Part shown: piece after piece, positions 60,495-64,000 of the stretch | Numbering within the stretch: position 1 is the stretch's first letter | Layout of the letters: the number at the start of each line of letters is the position of its first letter | Source: Chiloscyllium plagiosum | Lineage: Eukaryota | Direction of reading: 5' to 3' | Length of the DNA stretch: 64,000 nt | Assembly: GCF_004010195.1 (NCBI RefSeq) | Contig: NC_057719.1 | Span: 79,683,579 to 79,747,578 of the forward strand | Notes under the pieces: model-generated | Seen by the model: the letters and a program-made list of their open reading frames with translations, nothing else | The model's database searches: none | Told to the model about the DNA's origin: nothing | Translations under genes and position numbers: made by a program

Positions 60495-61589
60495 TAGACT
60501 AGCTTTTAATTCCAGATTCTGAGTTGAATTCAAACTTCACCATCAACATCCCATGCCCCGTGCCCCCACCGCACCACGTTCAGATTGGAAGGCATGTTCC
60601 CAGAATATCAACCTCTGATTTAACCAGTTCCGTGACATTACCAGTCTGCTACCACTTCCCTTGTTCCGCAAATGCAAGATGGTGGTGCTGGATGAAGCCA
60701 TAAATCCTAGTCCATGTTGTTGTTCAGTTACTCTCTGGTGAAGGGCAAATTCTGAGTGGGCACAGACTCAAGGTGAAGATATGACTGGACTCTGCTACAA
60801 AGGTACTCAGCATCAAAGCCCTACGAATACTCAGTATCAAAGTTCAAATTTGAAGGGTAGCCATTTGAGTGTGGGTCCGGACCACTCCAGGCCAGGAAAG
60901 GAGTCACTGCCTCCTGGGGGAATCGGGGTGACAGGGAGAGGTGTGTGTCAGGAGAAATAGGTGAGCACTCAATAGACAAAAGGAAGGTGAAGAGAGAAAA
61001 CGAGACATTGTGAAAATCTCTCATAAGTAGGAACCATGTTACAGATAAAATGGTGTCATTAGATCTCCTGCTGTCTGAATTGTCTAAAAGTGGTCACACT
61101 GAAACTAACCTTAGGTTTCACAGCCCTTTTCCTATTTCTGCACCTTCTCTTGAAACTATCTTTGTTGGCAGGAAGGTCAGAAAGCAGAGGACACTGGTTT
61201 AATCTAGTTGGCAAAAGGCGAGATGATTTTAACCTAGTGATCTAAATACACCGCTTTATGGGATGCTAGAAGCAGATTCAGAGCAAATTTCGAAAGATGA
61301 ATTGGACAAATATCTTTCAGGGACAAGTTTGCAGGCATAGTGTGCTGTCTCCTACTTAAACTAGTTCTTTCTTAGGATCTCCAGGCGACTTGTCACTCAA
61401 CTATATTGCTTGGTATTAAACCCCCATCATCTTTCCTATTCATTTCAGCCTTGCCAATATCCTGTACTGTGGACTGGGCTGTCCCACTGGAGGCAATTCA
61501 ATTAGTAAATGAAGACTGGGATTTGGAGAATAGTCTAGCAATGGCAGTGGAGGCAAATCTCTTCTTCCTACAGGGGCTTAGGAAAAGGA

Positions 61590-61990
61590 GATAGAAATAG
61601 GAAAAAGAAAACAGAGGGAGAGGAGAGACAAACAGGGACGACGAGATACAGACTCAGAAAGATAGAGGAGGAAAGACATGGAGAGAACTAGGCGCAGCAA
61701 CAGAGATGAGATGGATCGAGAGTCAAAGAGGCAGGGAGGGAAAGACAAGTCAGAGTCAGGGAAGAGAGACTAACAGTTGGGGAGGTCAATAAACAGGGAG
61801 ACAAAAAAGCACGCTATAGAAGCAAAATGGAGCAGAGAAGCCCAGAGAAAGGAAAACGATGAAGAGAAGGGTATTGAGCTAGAATGGGAATTTCAGAGAA
61901 CGAGAGCGAGGGCGTCTGAGAGAGGAAAGGTGATAAGTCATGAACTGAGACGAATGTGAATAAAACTGCTGAAAGAGAGACAGCAAAGTA
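61590..61990. repeat. Purine-rich low-complexity tract
   Basis: Mostly A and G on the plus strand. Confidence 0.7.
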
Positions 61991-62269
61991 GAAACCACAA
62001 TTTGAATCTACACCACGATAATACAGCATGTCCTATCAAAAGCCACAAACACCTATGCCTTAATAAAAGACTACAGCAGTACATGAGCATTGCCAAATTC
62101 TTGTAATATTTCAAGCAGCTGAGTAGAAGAGAGGAGGGGTATTCCAGGGTGGAGTCCCAGGTCAGTCTTGATTTCCAGTGAAGACTTGACCCCCAATGGC
62201 TCCAAGCTAATGAATTGAAAATTCAACCACATTGGCTTCAATTGTTCTGGTCATTTAATCCTTGCACAA

Positions 62270-62968
62270 GGAATATTTGACAGCACAGTGAGAGAGATTT
62301 ACTCTGTATCTAATCCATTCGACATTTGCTGGTGACTATTTAGTGGGATCTTTATTCTGCATGTAATCCGTGCTCTCCCTACCCTGGTAGTATTTGATAG
62401 GATACTGCAAAGCGAGCTTTACTCTGATGCTAACTCTGTGCTATACTCGGACCAGGACAGTGTGAAGGAGACTTACTTCTTACCTATAGTGTACTGTATC
62501 CTGGGAGTATTTGAGAGGAAAGAGTAGTAATCGTTTACCCTATATCTAATCTGTGCTCTGTCTGCCATTGGAGTGTTTACGAGCTGGTAGAGATTTACCC
62601 TGTACCTAATCTGCTGTGCTGGGAGTAGTTGATGTGGATAGTGAGCTAACTTACATCCATACCATCAACTTGAGCTACGAATCTCAAAAATCGCTAAATG
62701 CAGAGTAGCTTTACTCCCTATCTAATCCAGGCTGTACCTACATCTGAAGTGTTTGATAGGGCAGCTTTTTATTCCTGATGAAGGGCTTTTGCCCGAAACA
62801 TTGATTTTGCTGCTCCTCGGATGCTGCCTGAACTGCTGTGCTCTTCCAGCACCACTAATCCAACATAAAGAGACTTAATCTGTATCTAAACTGCCCGGTG
62901 ATTGTTTGATGAGACAGTGTAGTTTTATTTTCTCTGCATCTAATCCATGTTGTACCTGCCCTGGGAGC
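62270..62968. repeat. Old degenerate array of the 69-bp satellite, opposite orientation to 63312-64000
   Basis: Recurrent tttactctgtatctaatcc...cctgggagt.tttga, the reverse complement of the downstream unit. Confidence 0.8.
62771..62862 (+). mobile_element. Solo Penelope family A pLTR inside the satellite
   Basis: attcctgatgaagggcttttgcccgaaacattg...ggatgctgcctgaactgctg. Confidence 0.85.
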
Positions 62969-63311
62969 CCTGCTATGGCTCAAGGTAACATTCATGACTC
63001 TGAACATTGAACCGTAGCCCAGCAATGAGTCAAAGACGCCAAGAAAGGAAAGTTAGAACGGCCAAGAGTAAAAACAGTTTCAAGAGACCTGTTACACAAT
63101 GTTCTCTGGTTAATTAATCTTTTATTCTGTTTTGGTTTGCTTTCTTTTCTCAATTGTGCCCTTAGCCATGGTCTTGTTGATTGTAGAGAGAAAGAGAACA
63201 GAACAGGACAATAAATAATCACTGACTTCTCTGCCAGGCAGGTTTTTTAAAATACTCACAAGAAAGTGAGATGCTGAACACAGTGCATGGCTTCTTTTAC
63301 ACTGTCCTAGC

Positions 63312-64000
63312 AATCACCTCCCAGCAGGTACAGCACGGGGTTTGAGACAGAGTAAAGATCCCTCTACACTGTCTCCATCAAACTCTCCCAGGACAGGTAA
63401 TGTACAGGGTTAGTGACAGAGTAAAGATCCCTCTACACTGTCTCCATCAAACACTCCTGGACAGGTAATGTACAGGGTTAGTGACAGAGTAAAGATCCCT
63501 CTGCACTGACCCCATCCAACACTCCCACGACAGGTAATGTACAGAGTTAGTGACAGAGTAAAGATCCCTCTACACTGTGGCCATCCAACACTTCCATGAC
63601 AGGTAATGTACAGGGTTAGTGACAGAGTAAAGATCCCTCTACCCTGTCCCCATCAAACACTCCTGGACAGGTAATGTACAGGGTTAGTGACAGAGTAAAA
63701 ATCCCTCTGCACTGACCCCATCCAACACTCCCACGACAGGTAATGTACAGAGTTAGTGACAGAGTAAAGATCCCTCTACACTGTGGCCATCCAACACTCC
63801 CATGACAGGTAATGTACAGAGTTAGTGACAGAGTAAAGATCCCTCTGCACTGACCCCATCCAACACTCCCAGGACAGGTAATGTACAGGGTTAGTGACAG
63901 AGTAAAGATCCCTCTACACTGTCCCCATCAAACACTTCCAGGACAGGTAATGTACAGAGTTAGTGACAGAGTAAAGATCCCTCTACATTGTGCCTATCCA
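63312..64000. repeat. 68/69-bp tandem satellite, about 10 copies, running off the window
   Basis: cagagtaaa at 63348, 63417, 63485, 63554, 63623, 63691, 63760, 63829, 63898 and 63967. Confidence 0.97.

Noticed and set aside
61406..61594. Possible exon on either strand
   Set aside because: No recognisable peptide; the minus-strand pyrimidine tract is just the adjacent low-complexity region.

Overview
Repeat-rich vertebrate genomic DNA from a cartilaginous fish. The HE1/V-SINEs, HER1-type CR1 LINEs and Deu-domain SacSINE1-like SINEs point to a shark; an orectolobiform such as a bamboo shark is my inference. I recognise no host protein-coding gene, rRNA or functional tRNA. Every recognisable ORF in the track is a decayed transposon fragment (CR1, L2, L1, Penelope, Gypsy, Harbinger) or a tandem-repeat artefact, so the window looks intergenic or deep-intronic, with several unique blocks that may be conserved enhancers. 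The most notable system is a set of more than 15 Penelope-like pseudo-LTR (pLTR) insertions, many carrying a minimal hammerhead ribozyme core (CUGANGA-stem II-GAAA-palindromic helix III). They occur solo, as inverted pairs inside 12-18 bp target-site duplications (TSDs), and in one case bracketing captured local DNA (7220-7564). Other points: an internally deleted two-LTR Gypsy element, an interstitial telomere-like array, a locally templated 28-bp insertion, a decayed spliced Harbinger Myb/SANT gene, multi-level nested insertions, and a 69-bp satellite with higher-order structure. Family names come from motif recognition, not database searches. Boundaries are approximate unless a TSD is quoted.
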